The position numbers and the translations under genes are program-made. The notes below the pieces were generated by a model. The model made no database searches and was not told the DNA's origin. It saw only the letters and a program-made list of their open reading frames with translations. Below, one piece after another: positions 11,318-20,601 of a stretch of 64,000 nt of DNA. How positions within the stretch are numbered: the first letter of the stretch is position 1; every line of letters begins with the position of its first letter. Source of the DNA: Thermoanaerobaculia bacterium (GTDB lineage Bacteria > Acidobacteriota > Thermoanaerobaculia > UBA5066); contig CAVRAY010000001.1 of assembly GCA_963719225.1 (NCBI GenBank), positions 1,952,001 to 2,016,000 of the forward strand. Direction: 5' to 3'.

Positions 11318-12877
11318 CTACGGAGGCGGCAATGCCGCCTTCAGGAACGCGCCGACGTCCTTGCGCAGCTTCGCGAGCTCGCCCGTGTGGATGTACATCA
11401 TGTGGCCGGCCTCGTACTCGCGTGCCGTGATCCGCGCCCGCTGGCTGGGGTCGAGGCCCATGTGCTGGAGCGTGTACTGCGTCGCGAAGTACGGCGTGGC
11501 GAGATCGAAGTGCCCCGAGGCGACGAAGAGCTTCATGTCGGGGTTCTTCGCGAAGGCCTGGCGCAGCGACTCGCTCGTGTCGGCGAAGCCGTTCCGCGCG
11601 CCCCAGTCCCACGGCCCGATGCCCCCGCCGAGGATGTGATACGTGGCGTCCGACTTGTAGCCGAGCGCGGCGCGCACGTATTGGTTGAACATGGCCGTGT
11701 ACGGCGGGCGAATGGCCGTCATGCTCGGGTCGAAATCGGGACGTTCGGAGACGGCGCTCTGGTCGATGCCCACGAACCGCGAGTCGAGCCGGCCCGCCGT
11801 CCGCCGCTCGTTCCGGAGGAGCTCCTTGCAGAAATGCTGGATCTCGATTCTGAGATCGGCGCGGTCGAGCCACGCCGCGTCCAGGCCGGTATAGCGCGCG
11901 AGGCGTTCGGCGATCGCCTTGCGCTCCGCCTGCGGCAGGGCATCGCCTTTCGCGAGAGCGAACGGATAGTCGCCGGAAGCGAACTTCTCGACTTCGTCGA
12001 GAACGGCGCGGAGGGGCTTGCTCTGGAGGTCGGCGGGGAGCTTCTTGTGGTACCAGGCCGTCGCCGTGTAGGTCGGGAGGAAGAGAGGATAAGGAAGGTC
12101 GTTGCCCTTCGTGAACTGGGCGGTCTGGAAGTTCAGGATGGACGACACGAGGAGGATGCCGTTGAAGGCGATTCCCTTGTCGACGAGGTGGCCCGAAAGG
12201 CCCGCAGCCCGGGTCGTGCCATAGCTCTCGCCCACGAGGAAGAGCGGCGAGGTCCAGCGTTCGTTTCGCGCGAGATAGAGGCGAATGAACTCCCCGACGG
12301 AAACGATGTCCCCCTCGACGCTCCAGAACTTCTTCCCGAGCTCCGGTTTGGCGGCGCGGCTGTACCCCGTCCCGACGGGATCGATGAAGACGAGATCGGA
12401 CTCCGCGAGCCAGGTTTCCTCGTTGTCGACGAGCGCATACGGAGGCGACGGCATCATGCCGTCGTCCTTCATCCGGACGCGCTTCGGTCCGAGGGCGCCG
12501 AGGTGGAGCCACACGGACGAGGACCCCGGGCCGCCGTTGAACGAGAACATGAGCGGCCTCTTCTCGGCCGGCGCGCCGGCGCGGTCGAGCGTGTAGGCGA
12601 CGAAGAAGATTCGCGCCTCGACCTCTCCCGACTCGCTCTTGAGCGGCATGAGGCCCGTCGTGGCCGTGTATTTCAGGATCCGCCCGCCGGCGCGGATTTC
12701 GTGGTGCGTGACGACGGGAGGCTCTTCCTTCTCCTCCTTCTTCTTCGGCTCGGGCGTCTTCGCCTTTTCGGACGCGGCGGCCTCGGGGCGCGGGTCGTCG
12801 GCCGGCGCGCTCGCCGGGCGAGCCGCCTGCGGCTGGGCGAGCAGGGCGAGGAGCGGAAGGATTGCGGACGCCGGCAT
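11318..12877 (-). CDS. S10 serine carboxypeptidase, secreted
   Basis: Start trimmed to MPASAILPLL (GAGGAGG RBS upstream); FNGGPGSSS, FIDPVGTGYS, GESYG, DLATP, YEAGHMMY motifs. Confidence 0.93.
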   Translation of the reverse strand: MPASAILPLLALLAQPQAARPASAPADDPRPEAAASEKAKTPEPKKKEEKEEPPVVTHHEIRAGGRILKYTATTGLMPLKSESGEVEARIFFVAYTLDRAGAPAEKRPLMFSFNGGPGSSSVWLHLGALGPKRVRMKDDGMMPSPPYALVDNEETWLAESDLVFIDPVGTGYSRAAKPELGKKFWSVEGDIVSVGEFIRLYLARNERWTSPLFLVGESYGTTRAAGLSGHLVDKGIAFNGILLVSSILNFQTAQFTKGNDLPYPLFLPTYTATAWYHKKLPADLQSKPLRAVLDEVEKFASGDYPFALAKGDALPQAERKAIAERLARYTGLDAAWLDRADLRIEIQHFCKELLRNERRTAGRLDSRFVGIDQSAVSERPDFDPSMTAIRPPYTAMFNQYVRAALGYKSDATYHILGGGIGPWDWGARNGFADTSESLRQAFAKNPDMKLFVASGHFDLATPYFATQYTLQHMGLDPSQRARITAREYEAGHMMYIHTGELAKLRKDVGAFLKAALPPP

Positions 12878-12934
12878 CGTGGCCTCCTCGGTGGAACTTT
12901 GACCGGGAAGGGGCGTACCGTACATGGCGAGCTC

Positions 12935-14239
12935 ATGAAAAGCGACTCCCTTGAGCCCGTTCGCATCGGCCTGATCGGCTTCGGCACGGTGGGCCGGGCG
13001 TTCGCGAGCCTCCTCGCGAGGGAGGCGCCCGACCTTTCCGCCCGGCGCGGAGTCCGTCTGTCTCTCGTGGCCGTCGCGACGCGAAACGCGGACCAGAAAC
13101 GCGAGCCTTCCCTCGGACCCGGCGTGCGTTGGACGAGCGACCTCGCTTCGGTCGCGACGGATCCCGGTGTCGATCTCGTCGTCGAGCTGCTCGGCGGGAT
13201 CGAGCCCGCGAACGGCCTCATCCGCACCTCTCTCGACGCGGGCAAGAGCGTCGTCACGGCGAACAAGATGCTCCTCGCGCGGCACGGAACCCAGCTTCAG
13301 GAGCTCGCGCGGGGAAAAGGCGCCGGCCTCGGCATCGAGGCTGCCGTCGCGGGCGGGATTCCCATCCTGCGGGCTCTCCGCACGAGCTTCACGGGGGACC
13401 GCGTGATCGCGGTCTCCGGCATCCTGAACGGCACGTGCAACTTCATCCTCACGGAAATGGAGAAGACGGGGCGTGCCTACGAGGAGGTCCTCGCAGAAGC
13501 GCAGAAGCTCGGCTACGCGGAGGCGGTTCCGGCGAGCGACGTCGAGGGCGACGACGCGGCGTACAAGCTGGCGCTCCTCGCGCGCCTCGCGTTCGGCTGC
13601 GATGTGGCGTTCGACCAGATCGCCCGTGAGGGGATCACGCGCCTTCTTCCGTGCGATTTCGTCTATGCCCGGAGGCTGCTCAGGACCCCGCGCCAGCTCG
13701 GGACGGCGAGACTCCTCGAGAGCGGCCACCTCCACCTCTCGGTCAGGACGCACCTCGTCTCCGAAACGTCGCTGCTCGCGAAGGTGACGGGGCCGTTCAA
13801 CGCGGTGGAGGTGCGGGGGGAAAGCGGCGGCCCGTTCGTCTTCTCGGGTCGCGGCGCGGGTGGCGGGCCGACGGCCACCGCCGTCCTGGCGGATGTCGTC
13901 GAGCTCGCGCGCGGAGGCGGGCACGCGGCCCCTCCGCTCGGCTTCGGCGTTCTCCAGCAGTGCGTCGCGGCGACGCCGGGCGAGTTCGTGTCGCCGTTCT
14001 ATCTGAGATTCGTCGTACGAGACCGGCCCGGAATCATCGCGGACCTCGCGCGCATCCTGGCGGTTCACGGGATCAACATCGACGCCGTGTTTCAGGCGCC
14101 CTACGAGGACAAGGGCGCGCTGCCGTTCGTCGTGACGCTCGAGCCGGTGCCCGGAAGATCGCTCGCCGGAGCCCTCGCCGAGATCGAGCCGCTGACGTTC
14201 CACGTCCTCCCGCCGCTCGCGCTTCCGATGACGGACTAG
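12935..14239 (+). CDS. hom: Homoserine dehydrogenase with C-terminal ACT domain
   Basis: GLIGFGTVG, VVTANK, EAAVAGGIP, GILNGTCNFIL, GYAEA, GRGAG, DRPGIIA; start trimmed to MKSDSL. Confidence 0.95.
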   Translation: MKSDSLEPVRIGLIGFGTVGRAFASLLAREAPDLSARRGVRLSLVAVATRNADQKREPSLGPGVRWTSDLASVATDPGVDLVVELLGGIEPANGLIRTSLDAGKSVVTANKMLLARHGTQLQELARGKGAGLGIEAAVAGGIPILRALRTSFTGDRVIAVSGILNGTCNFILTEMEKTGRAYEEVLAEAQKLGYAEAVPASDVEGDDAAYKLALLARLAFGCDVAFDQIAREGITRLLPCDFVYARRLLRTPRQLGTARLLESGHLHLSVRTHLVSETSLLAKVTGPFNAVEVRGESGGPFVFSGRGAGGGPTATAVLADVVELARGGGHAAPPLGFGVLQQCVAATPGEFVSPFYLRFVVRDRPGIIADLARILAVHGINIDAVFQAPYEDKGALPFVVTLEPVPGRSLAGALAEIEPLTFHVLPPLALPMTD

Positions 14240-15177
14240 GTGTCGGGGCTAAACAGGTTGTTCACTCTGGACACCGGTGGTTTACCTCCGAGTGAGGAGT
14301 GCTGGCGATGGAAATTGTAGTAGTGCAGCCATCGCGGCAGGGCGTGACGGCGCTTTGCTGAGGAAGAGTAAGAGCGGCGATAGGCCCACTCCCTGAGCAT
14401 GGTCTGGATGAAGCGCTCGGCCTTGCCGTTGGTGCGCGGGCGGTAGCGGCGAGTAAAGCCGTGGCGAATCGAGGCCCTGTCGAGGACTTCATTGAAAGTG
14501 CCTGAGGTAAAGACCTTGCCGTTGTCGGTGAGGAGTCGTCGGGGCTGGATGCCTGAGGCGCGGTACCAGGCGATGGCACGCTCGAGAAAACCGGTGGCCG
14601 TCTGTTTGTCCTCCGCTTTCAGCGGCTCGACGTAGCTCAGCCGGGAATGGTCGTCGATGCAGACATAGATGTGTTCATAGCCGACGCGGCGTTTCCGCTT
14701 GGTGCGGTCGCCGTGAATGCGATGGCCGGGGCCTCCGACGATGCGGGCGAGCTTCTTGATGTCAATGTGCAGAAGGTCTCCCGGGTTCGGGAGCTCGTAA
14801 CGATTCGGTGGCTCGGGCGGCTCGAGTGAGCGCAGGCGCCCCAGCCCGGCCATTCGAAGAATCCGACTCACGGTGGCCCGCGGAAGCCCCATCGTTTCGG
14901 AAATCTCACGCCCGGTAAGACGCTTCAGCCTGAGCTCGAGGGCTCGCCTTCGAAGATTCTCGGGAGTGCGGCGGGGCGAGCTTCGCGGCCGACTCGACCG
15001 ATCCAGCAGCCCTAAAGCGCCCTCCTCTCGGAAACGCTTGAGCCACTTGGCGGCAGTCCTGACGCTAAGGCCAAGGGCTTCCGCCGCCTTCCGGCGGCTC
15101 CAGCCCTCGGCCTTTACTCTGTCGACTAATAGCTCTCGACTTCGGGGGTTCGTCTTTGCTCTGCTATGGGCGTTCAT
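14236..15177 (-). CDS. IS481 DDE transposase
   Basis: MNAHSRAKT, HTH, LHIDIKKL, IDDHSRL, LTDNG, PRTNGKAERFIQT, YNFHRQH; the stop codon lies in the target duplication. Confidence 0.95.
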   Translation of the reverse strand: MNAHSRAKTNPRSRELLVDRVKAEGWSRRKAAEALGLSVRTAAKWLKRFREEGALGLLDRSSRPRSSPRRTPENLRRRALELRLKRLTGREISETMGLPRATVSRILRMAGLGRLRSLEPPEPPNRYELPNPGDLLHIDIKKLARIVGGPGHRIHGDRTKRKRRVGYEHIYVCIDDHSRLSYVEPLKAEDKQTATGFLERAIAWYRASGIQPRRLLTDNGKVFTSGTFNEVLDRASIRHGFTRRYRPRTNGKAERFIQTMLREWAYRRSYSSSAKRRHALPRWLHYYNFHRQHSSLGGKPPVSRVNNLFSPDT

Positions 15178-15263
15178 CCGGGTCCTTTCCGATGGGGTCC
15201 TGCTGCTCGCACCAACAGCATTCCACCGGTTAACCCGGGTGAACAACCTCCTGAGCCTTTACA
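14241..15263 (-). mobile_element. IS481-family insertion sequence, 1023 bp, TGT...ACA ends, 6-bp target duplication ACTAGG
   Basis: Terminal IRs TGTCGGGGCTAAACAGGTTGTTCAC / TGTAAAGGCTCAGGAGGTTGTTCAC (19/25 identical); ACTAGG at 14235-14240 and 15264-15269. Confidence 0.95.
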
Positions 15264-15264
15264 A

Positions 15265-16128
15265 CTAGGCGGGGCGGCGACCCTCTTCCCACGCGAGGAG
15301 CGAGGCGAAGAAACCGACGCGCGCCATCGCGAGCAGGAAGAATCCGAGCTGCCGGAAGACGAAGAGCCCCGCGACGGCTCCCGTCGTGCGCGGATTCAGG
15401 CGGAGACCCAGGCTCGTGAAGAGGGCCTGTACGAGGACGAAGACCACGACCCAGAACAGCATGATGCGGATGCCCGAGGCGCGGCGTCCCGAAAGGCGTT
15501 GTTCCGCGATGCGGTAGGCGCCGCGGGCATTCCGGGCGTCGTCGCGCGCCAGGGCGATGCGGGCGAGGTCGTACCTGAGCGCCGTGTTGAGGAGGACGAG
15601 AAGCCCCCCGAGAAGGGCCCACCAGAAGAGCAGCGTCGCCGCGCCGCCGTGGGGCGGCGCCTGCTTCGCGATCCGGCCGAGGACCGCACACGGAACGACG
15701 ACGAGGAGGCCGAGCCAGAAGAGAGACGAAAGGACGAAGCGCGCCGCCGCCCACAAGTTCGCCTTGAAGAGGGCGGCCGACTCGGCGATCACCGTCGCGA
15801 GCACGGGACGCGCTCTGCCCGCGACGAGGACCCTGAGCATCCCGCCCGTCAGGAAGATCTGGAGAAAGGCGAACGCCACGGCCGCGCCCAGGAACGCCGC
15901 GAGCACCAGGCGGAGCTGCGCACGCTCCACGACGAGAAACGAGAGCATCCCCCACGAGTCCCAGCCTCTGACGAGGGACTCGCGGAACGGCCCGGAGTCG
16001 AGAATCGCGGTGACGGACCGGAGCGGGAACCATGCGAGGAGGCCCGAAGCCAGGAGAGAAAGCCAGAGGACGCCGGCGAGGCGCCGGTGCTTGAGGGCCG
16101 AGGACAGCCCGGCGACGACGGGGCTCAC
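15265..16128 (-). CDS. Multi-pass membrane protein co-transcribed with the M1 peptidase
   Basis: GTG start overlapping the upstream TGA (GTGA); about 6 hydrophobic helices. Confidence 0.75.
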   Translation of the reverse strand: MSPVVAGLSSALKHRRLAGVLWLSLLASGLLAWFPLRSVTAILDSGPFRESLVRGWDSWGMLSFLVVERAQLRLVLAAFLGAAVAFAFLQIFLTGGMLRVLVAGRARPVLATVIAESAALFKANLWAAARFVLSSLFWLGLLVVVPCAVLGRIAKQAPPHGGAATLLFWWALLGGLLVLLNTALRYDLARIALARDDARNARGAYRIAEQRLSGRRASGIRIMLFWVVVFVLVQALFTSLGLRLNPRTTGAVAGLFVFRQLGFFLLAMARVGFFASLLAWEEGRRPA

Positions 16129-18218
16129 AGGGCCATCCAGAGGTTCGAAAGCAGGATCTCGAGGAGGTGAAGACCGTAGACGCGGGCCTTCCCCGCCGCG
16201 GACGGGCCCGCGTATTCCTTCGTCGTGAGAGCATTGTTCAACGGATTGCGGTCGAGAACGATCCGGTGCGCAGCGTCGACTTCGGCTTTCACGAGCGCCG
16301 CCTGGGAGGTCACGCGAAATCGGATCCAGCTGTCGGTCGCGCCCCAGCTCTTCCTCCAGGTCGTGCCATCCGCGAACGTCAGGACGATTTCCGCGGGGAG
16401 GAGGAGATCTCCGTCGCGGCCGACGAGGACGACCGATTCCCACGGACGAGCCTTCCGGTCCTCGTGCGCGCGCTTTTCGTTATCGTTCTCGACTTTCTTC
16501 GGACCTTTTGCGGTCAACTCGAAGCCGAACGCCTTTCCGGCGTCGTCGTATCCCTTGAACGTCGCGGCCTTCCCGGTCGAGGCCTCGAGAACGGAGAAGT
16601 CGATGAAGGACGTCCCGAGCCACACCTTTTCGATGACTTCCGAGACGGCGGGGACGCCGGGCGCCCCCAGGGCGTCGAAGAAGTCCTCGGACGTCGGATG
16701 GTCGAAGCGCCAGCGCTCCGCATAGCTGCGGAAGGCGCGCCAGAACGTCTCCTCGCCGAGTAGAAGGCGAACCTGCTGGATCGCAGTCGCGGTCTTCGGG
16801 TAGGAGTTTCGTCCGTAGGAGGCGTTGCTCCGGAACTTCCAGGCCGGCGTCACGATTCGATCGAAATCCGGCCTGAAGACCGCCTCGGCGCGGTTGATGT
16901 CCTCGTACGTCCAGCCGATCCCGGTCGGAAGCTCGACGTAGAGCCCGTACTTTCGTCCCATCATCTCGACTTCGACGAAGGAGTCGATCCCCTCGTCCAT
17001 CCAGCTCTCCTCGAACTCGTTCGACGCGAGGAGGCCGTAGAAGTAGCCGTGCCCGAACTCGTGAATCGTGGCGTCCTCGGCAATCCGATAACCGTTCAAG
17101 GGCCAGCGCTCCAGCGCCTTGACGGTGACGGTCGTGTAGAGAGTCTGGTACTCCATGCCGGCGGCGCCGAAGCCGTCTTCAGGCGGGTCGATGGCCGAGA
17201 CCTGAGCGTAGGGATACGGGAAGGCATAGAGCCCGAGCCAGGCCAGCGCCCACTTCTGCGCGTCCCGATGACGCGTCCACTGGCCGACGTGGTCCGGCTG
17301 CATGTAGAACCTGAGCGTTACTTTGTGGAAGCCCGCGCGCAACGCTTCCGGCGTTCGGCCGAGGAGCTTCGCGGCGCGTGCGACCTCGGCCGGCGGGAGG
17401 TCGACGCGTGGGTCGAAGACGTCGTCCTTCACGACGTATCGCGGGTCGGCCGTGAACGCGAAGTCGTGGATCGACTTCTGTGCGAACGTGAGCGTCTTCC
17501 TGCCGTTCGCCTTCTTCTCGTCCAAGAGCGCGCCCGCCGAGCCGACGACGAATTTCTCCGGCAGCGTGATCGACACGCGGTAATCTCCCCAGTCGGCGTA
17601 GAACTCGGAGTTCGCGTGGTACTGGTGGCAGTTCCAGCCGGCGTCGGCGCGGCGGCGCCGGCCCTTCGGCTCGTAGACGCCGATCTTCGGGAACCACTGG
17701 CCGAACATGAAGAAGTCGCGCACGTAGCCGGCGCGCGCGAAGACCCTCGGGATCCGGGCTTTCCAGGCGATCGCGAGCGTGATCGTCTCGCCGCCGGCGA
17801 CAGGCCGCGGGAGCGGAACGACGAGGACCGTCCGGTCGTCCGGGTTTCCGTCGTCCGGGCTGTCGAAGCGGAACTGCTTCGCGAGCTCCGTCCCCTCCCA
17901 CGTCATCGAAGTCACGTCGAGTGAACCCCAGCCGGTGTCCTTGTCCGCCGTGTCGCGCCGGAGCCGCCCGCCCGATTCCTTGAAGAACGTGGACCGGCTG
18001 TTGCGGAAGGCGTTCCAATAGAGGTGAAAGCGCAGCTCGGCGACGGGGCCGTCGGACGGGTTCGTCCACCTCAGTGTTTCGTGTCCGTCGACGGTCTTTC
18101 GCTCGGGGTCGATCGTGACGTCGATCGCGTAGTCGACGATCTTCTTCGGGGCCTCGAGGGCATGAGCCGGCATCGCGAAAGCGAGGGCCAGGGCCGCGCC
18201 GTGGAGACTCTTTCGCAT
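16125..18218 (-). CDS. M1 family aminopeptidase, secreted
   Basis: Signal peptide; AAGMEY exopeptidase motif, HEFGH...WMDEG, YPKTA. Confidence 0.92.
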   Translation of the reverse strand: MRKSLHGAALALAFAMPAHALEAPKKIVDYAIDVTIDPERKTVDGHETLRWTNPSDGPVAELRFHLYWNAFRNSRSTFFKESGGRLRRDTADKDTGWGSLDVTSMTWEGTELAKQFRFDSPDDGNPDDRTVLVVPLPRPVAGGETITLAIAWKARIPRVFARAGYVRDFFMFGQWFPKIGVYEPKGRRRRADAGWNCHQYHANSEFYADWGDYRVSITLPEKFVVGSAGALLDEKKANGRKTLTFAQKSIHDFAFTADPRYVVKDDVFDPRVDLPPAEVARAAKLLGRTPEALRAGFHKVTLRFYMQPDHVGQWTRHRDAQKWALAWLGLYAFPYPYAQVSAIDPPEDGFGAAGMEYQTLYTTVTVKALERWPLNGYRIAEDATIHEFGHGYFYGLLASNEFEESWMDEGIDSFVEVEMMGRKYGLYVELPTGIGWTYEDINRAEAVFRPDFDRIVTPAWKFRSNASYGRNSYPKTATAIQQVRLLLGEETFWRAFRSYAERWRFDHPTSEDFFDALGAPGVPAVSEVIEKVWLGTSFIDFSVLEASTGKAATFKGYDDAGKAFGFELTAKGPKKVENDNEKRAHEDRKARPWESVVLVGRDGDLLLPAEIVLTFADGTTWRKSWGATDSWIRFRVTSQAALVKAEVDAAHRIVLDRNPLNNALTTKEYAGPSAAGKARVYGLHLLEILLSNLWMAL

Positions 18219-18256
18219 CGAGGAGGCAGATCATAGTCGAGCGATAGACTCGCCCG

Positions 18257-19282
18257 ATGGCGCGCGGGGACCTCGTCGCCCTCACGGGCGGTACCGGATT
18301 CGTGGGCAGCCACGCCGCCGACGCGCTTCTCGCGGCGGGCTACCGCGTGCGCGCTCTGGCGCGCCGTCCCGAGGACCCGGGTTGGCTGAAAGGCACTTCG
18401 GTCGAGGTCGTTTCCGGCGATGTGAGGAGACCGGAGTCGCTCGAGGCGCTCGTGGCGGGGGCCGACGCCGTGGTTCACGTGGCGGGCAGGACGTCGGCGC
18501 GAAACGAGGCCGAATACATGGCCTCGAATGCCGCCGGCACGGCGAACGTCGTCGCGGCGGTCCGCAAGTCGGCGCCGAACGCGCACGTCGTCCTCGTGTC
18601 CTCCCAGGCCGCCGGCGGCCCGAGCCGGAACGGGGCGCCCGTTTGCACGGCGGACCGGCCGGGTCCGGTCTCCTCCTACGGGCGCTCGAAGCTCGCGGGC
18701 GAGGAAGCGGTTCGGAAGGAGCCGGGACTCGCCTTCACGATCCTCCGTCCAAGCGCCGTGTACGGGCCCCGCGAAACCGCGATCCGGGACCTGTTCGTCG
18801 CCGCGTCGCGGGGCTTCGTGCCGGTCCTCGCAGGCGGAAAGCCCCGGATCCAGATGGTCTTTGCCGAGGACGTGGCGCGGGCGGTCGTCGGCGCGCTCGA
18901 AAGGGGAGGCCGGGGGGAGACGTTTTTCGTCGCCCATCCGGAGGTTCTCGAGTACCGGGCCATCGCCGAGACGCTCGCGACCCTGCCCTCGAGGCGGCCT
19001 CGGCTCGTGCCGGTCCCGACGGCAGCCATCCGGGCTGCGGGCTCACTGGCGGGCCTCCTTTCGACATTCTCCAAGGGCCCCCCGGTCTTCAACGCCGAGA
19101 AGGCGAACGAGCTCCTCCAGAGCGCCTGGATTTGCGACGTATCCGACGCACAAATGGCGTTGGGGCAGCCGTTTAGGACTAATTTCGAGGTCGGGGCGAG
19201 GGTTACCTGGGAGTGGTACCTCGAGCGCGGGTGGATCTCGGATCGAGGTGGTAAAATCCGAGCGACAGGGGACACGAAATGA
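18257..19282 (+). CDS. NAD-dependent epimerase/reductase (extended SDR), candidate ceramide reductase CerR
   Basis: TGGTGFVG, YGRSK, LRPSAVYGP; overlaps the start of the spt-like gene (ATGA). Confidence 0.8.
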   Translation: MARGDLVALTGGTGFVGSHAADALLAAGYRVRALARRPEDPGWLKGTSVEVVSGDVRRPESLEALVAGADAVVHVAGRTSARNEAEYMASNAAGTANVVAAVRKSAPNAHVVLVSSQAAGGPSRNGAPVCTADRPGPVSSYGRSKLAGEEAVRKEPGLAFTILRPSAVYGPRETAIRDLFVAASRGFVPVLAGGKPRIQMVFAEDVARAVVGALERGGRGETFFVAHPEVLEYRAIAETLATLPSRRPRLVPVPTAAIRAAGSLAGLLSTFSKGPPVFNAEKANELLQSAWICDVSDAQMALGQPFRTNFEVGARVTWEWYLERGWISDRGGKIRATGDTK

Positions 19283-20556
19283 GACAGCACCACGGGGCGC
19301 GGCCCGCGGCCGCAGAGGATGGATCGATGCTTGCTCGCTCGCAGGTCGTCGCCGAACCCGCCTCGAGCCGCGCACTTTTCGACAAGTGTCGAACTTATAC
19401 GGTGCCCGACGACCTCCGCGCCGCGGGGGTCTTCACGTTCTTCAGGACGATCGAGTCCGGCCAGGACCCGGTCGTCATGATGGGCGGCCGCGAGATGGTC
19501 ATGCTGGGGTCGAACAACTACCTCGGGCTGACGTCCCACCCGAAGATCAAGGAACGCGCGATCGAGGCCATCCGGAAATATGGCGCCGGCTGCGCGGGGA
19601 GCCGACTCCTGAACGGGACGCTCGACATCCACGTCGAGCTGGAGGAACGCCTCGCCGACTTCATGAAAAAGCCCGCCTGCGTGACCTTTTCGACGGGCTT
19701 TCTCGTCAACCTGGGCGTCCTCTCCTCCCTCGCCGGCAAGGGTGACGCGATCTACCTCGACCGGCAGGACCACGCCTGCATCTACGACGGCGCCCGGCTC
19801 GCCGTCGGGGCCGAGGTCAAGAAGTTCAAGCACAACGATCCGGAGGACCTCCGTCGCCTGCTCGCCCTGAACGGCGACCGCAACGGGCGGATCCTCGTGG
19901 TCGACGGCGTGTTCTCTATGGAGGGCGACATCGCGCCCCTTCCCGAGTACGCGCGCATCTGCGACGACTACGACGTCGCGTTCATGGTCGACGACGCGCA
20001 CGGCGTCGGCGTTCTCGGCAAGCACGGCCGCGGCACGGCCGAGCACTTCGGCCTCGAGCACAAGGTCGACCTCACCATGGGCACGTTCTCGAAGTCCCTC
20101 GCGACCGTCGGGGGCTTCGTCGTGGGCGAGCCGGACGTCATCAAGTTCATCAAGCACCGCGCGCGCGCGTTGATGTTCACGGCGGCGCCTCCGCCGGCCT
20201 CGGTCGCGGCCGTCCTCGCCGCGCTCGACATCATCGAGAGCGAGCCCGAGCGCCGCGAGCGCCTGTGGGACAACACGCGGTTCATGCTGACCTCTCTGCG
20301 CACCATGGGCTTCGACTGCGGCAACTCCATGACTCCCGTCATCCCGATCGTCGTCGGGCCGGACCATCTCGCGTTCCGGATGGCCGCGCGCCTGGACGAC
20401 GAAGGCGTGTTCGTGAACGCCGTCGTCAGCCCCGGCTCGCCTCCGGGCCGCGCGCTCATCCGCACGTCCTACATGGCCACCCACACGAAGGCTCATCTCA
20501 CACGCGCCCTCGAAGCGTTCCACAAGGTGGGCCGGGAGCTCGGGCTCGTTTCGTAG
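19279..20556 (+). CDS. spt: Serine palmitoyltransferase (AONS-family PLP enzyme); alternative start at 19327
   Basis: FFRTIES, GSNNYLGLT, GCAGSRLLNGTLD, DHAC, DGVFSMEGD, DDAH, GTFSKSLA; recalled resemblance to Bacteroidota SPT rather than BioF/Kbl. Confidence 0.8.
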   Translation: MRQHHGARPAAAEDGSMLARSQVVAEPASSRALFDKCRTYTVPDDLRAAGVFTFFRTIESGQDPVVMMGGREMVMLGSNNYLGLTSHPKIKERAIEAIRKYGAGCAGSRLLNGTLDIHVELEERLADFMKKPACVTFSTGFLVNLGVLSSLAGKGDAIYLDRQDHACIYDGARLAVGAEVKKFKHNDPEDLRRLLALNGDRNGRILVVDGVFSMEGDIAPLPEYARICDDYDVAFMVDDAHGVGVLGKHGRGTAEHFGLEHKVDLTMGTFSKSLATVGGFVVGEPDVIKFIKHRARALMFTAAPPPASVAAVLAALDIIESEPERRERLWDNTRFMLTSLRTMGFDCGNSMTPVIPIVVGPDHLAFRMAARLDDEGVFVNAVVSPGSPPGRALIRTSYMATHTKAHLTRALEAFHKVGRELGLVS

Positions 20557-20601
20557 AGAAGCCTCTTCTTCCCTCTTCCCGTCATAATCGGCCGACGCCT
20601 C

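Noticed and set aside
11303-14203. Apparent 978-aa and 961-aa overlapping ORFs
   Set aside because: These are the divergent hom and S10 genes extended upstream through each other's antisense frame; the true starts are 12935 and 12877. The same artefact affects ORFs 50553-53165, 44671-47088, 32634-34031, 37121-38428 and 43456-44655.
19279-20556. BioF or Kbl assignment for the PLP enzyme
   Set aside because: No bio or tdh genes are nearby, and motifs and neighbours favour SPT; not formally excluded without a phylogeny.
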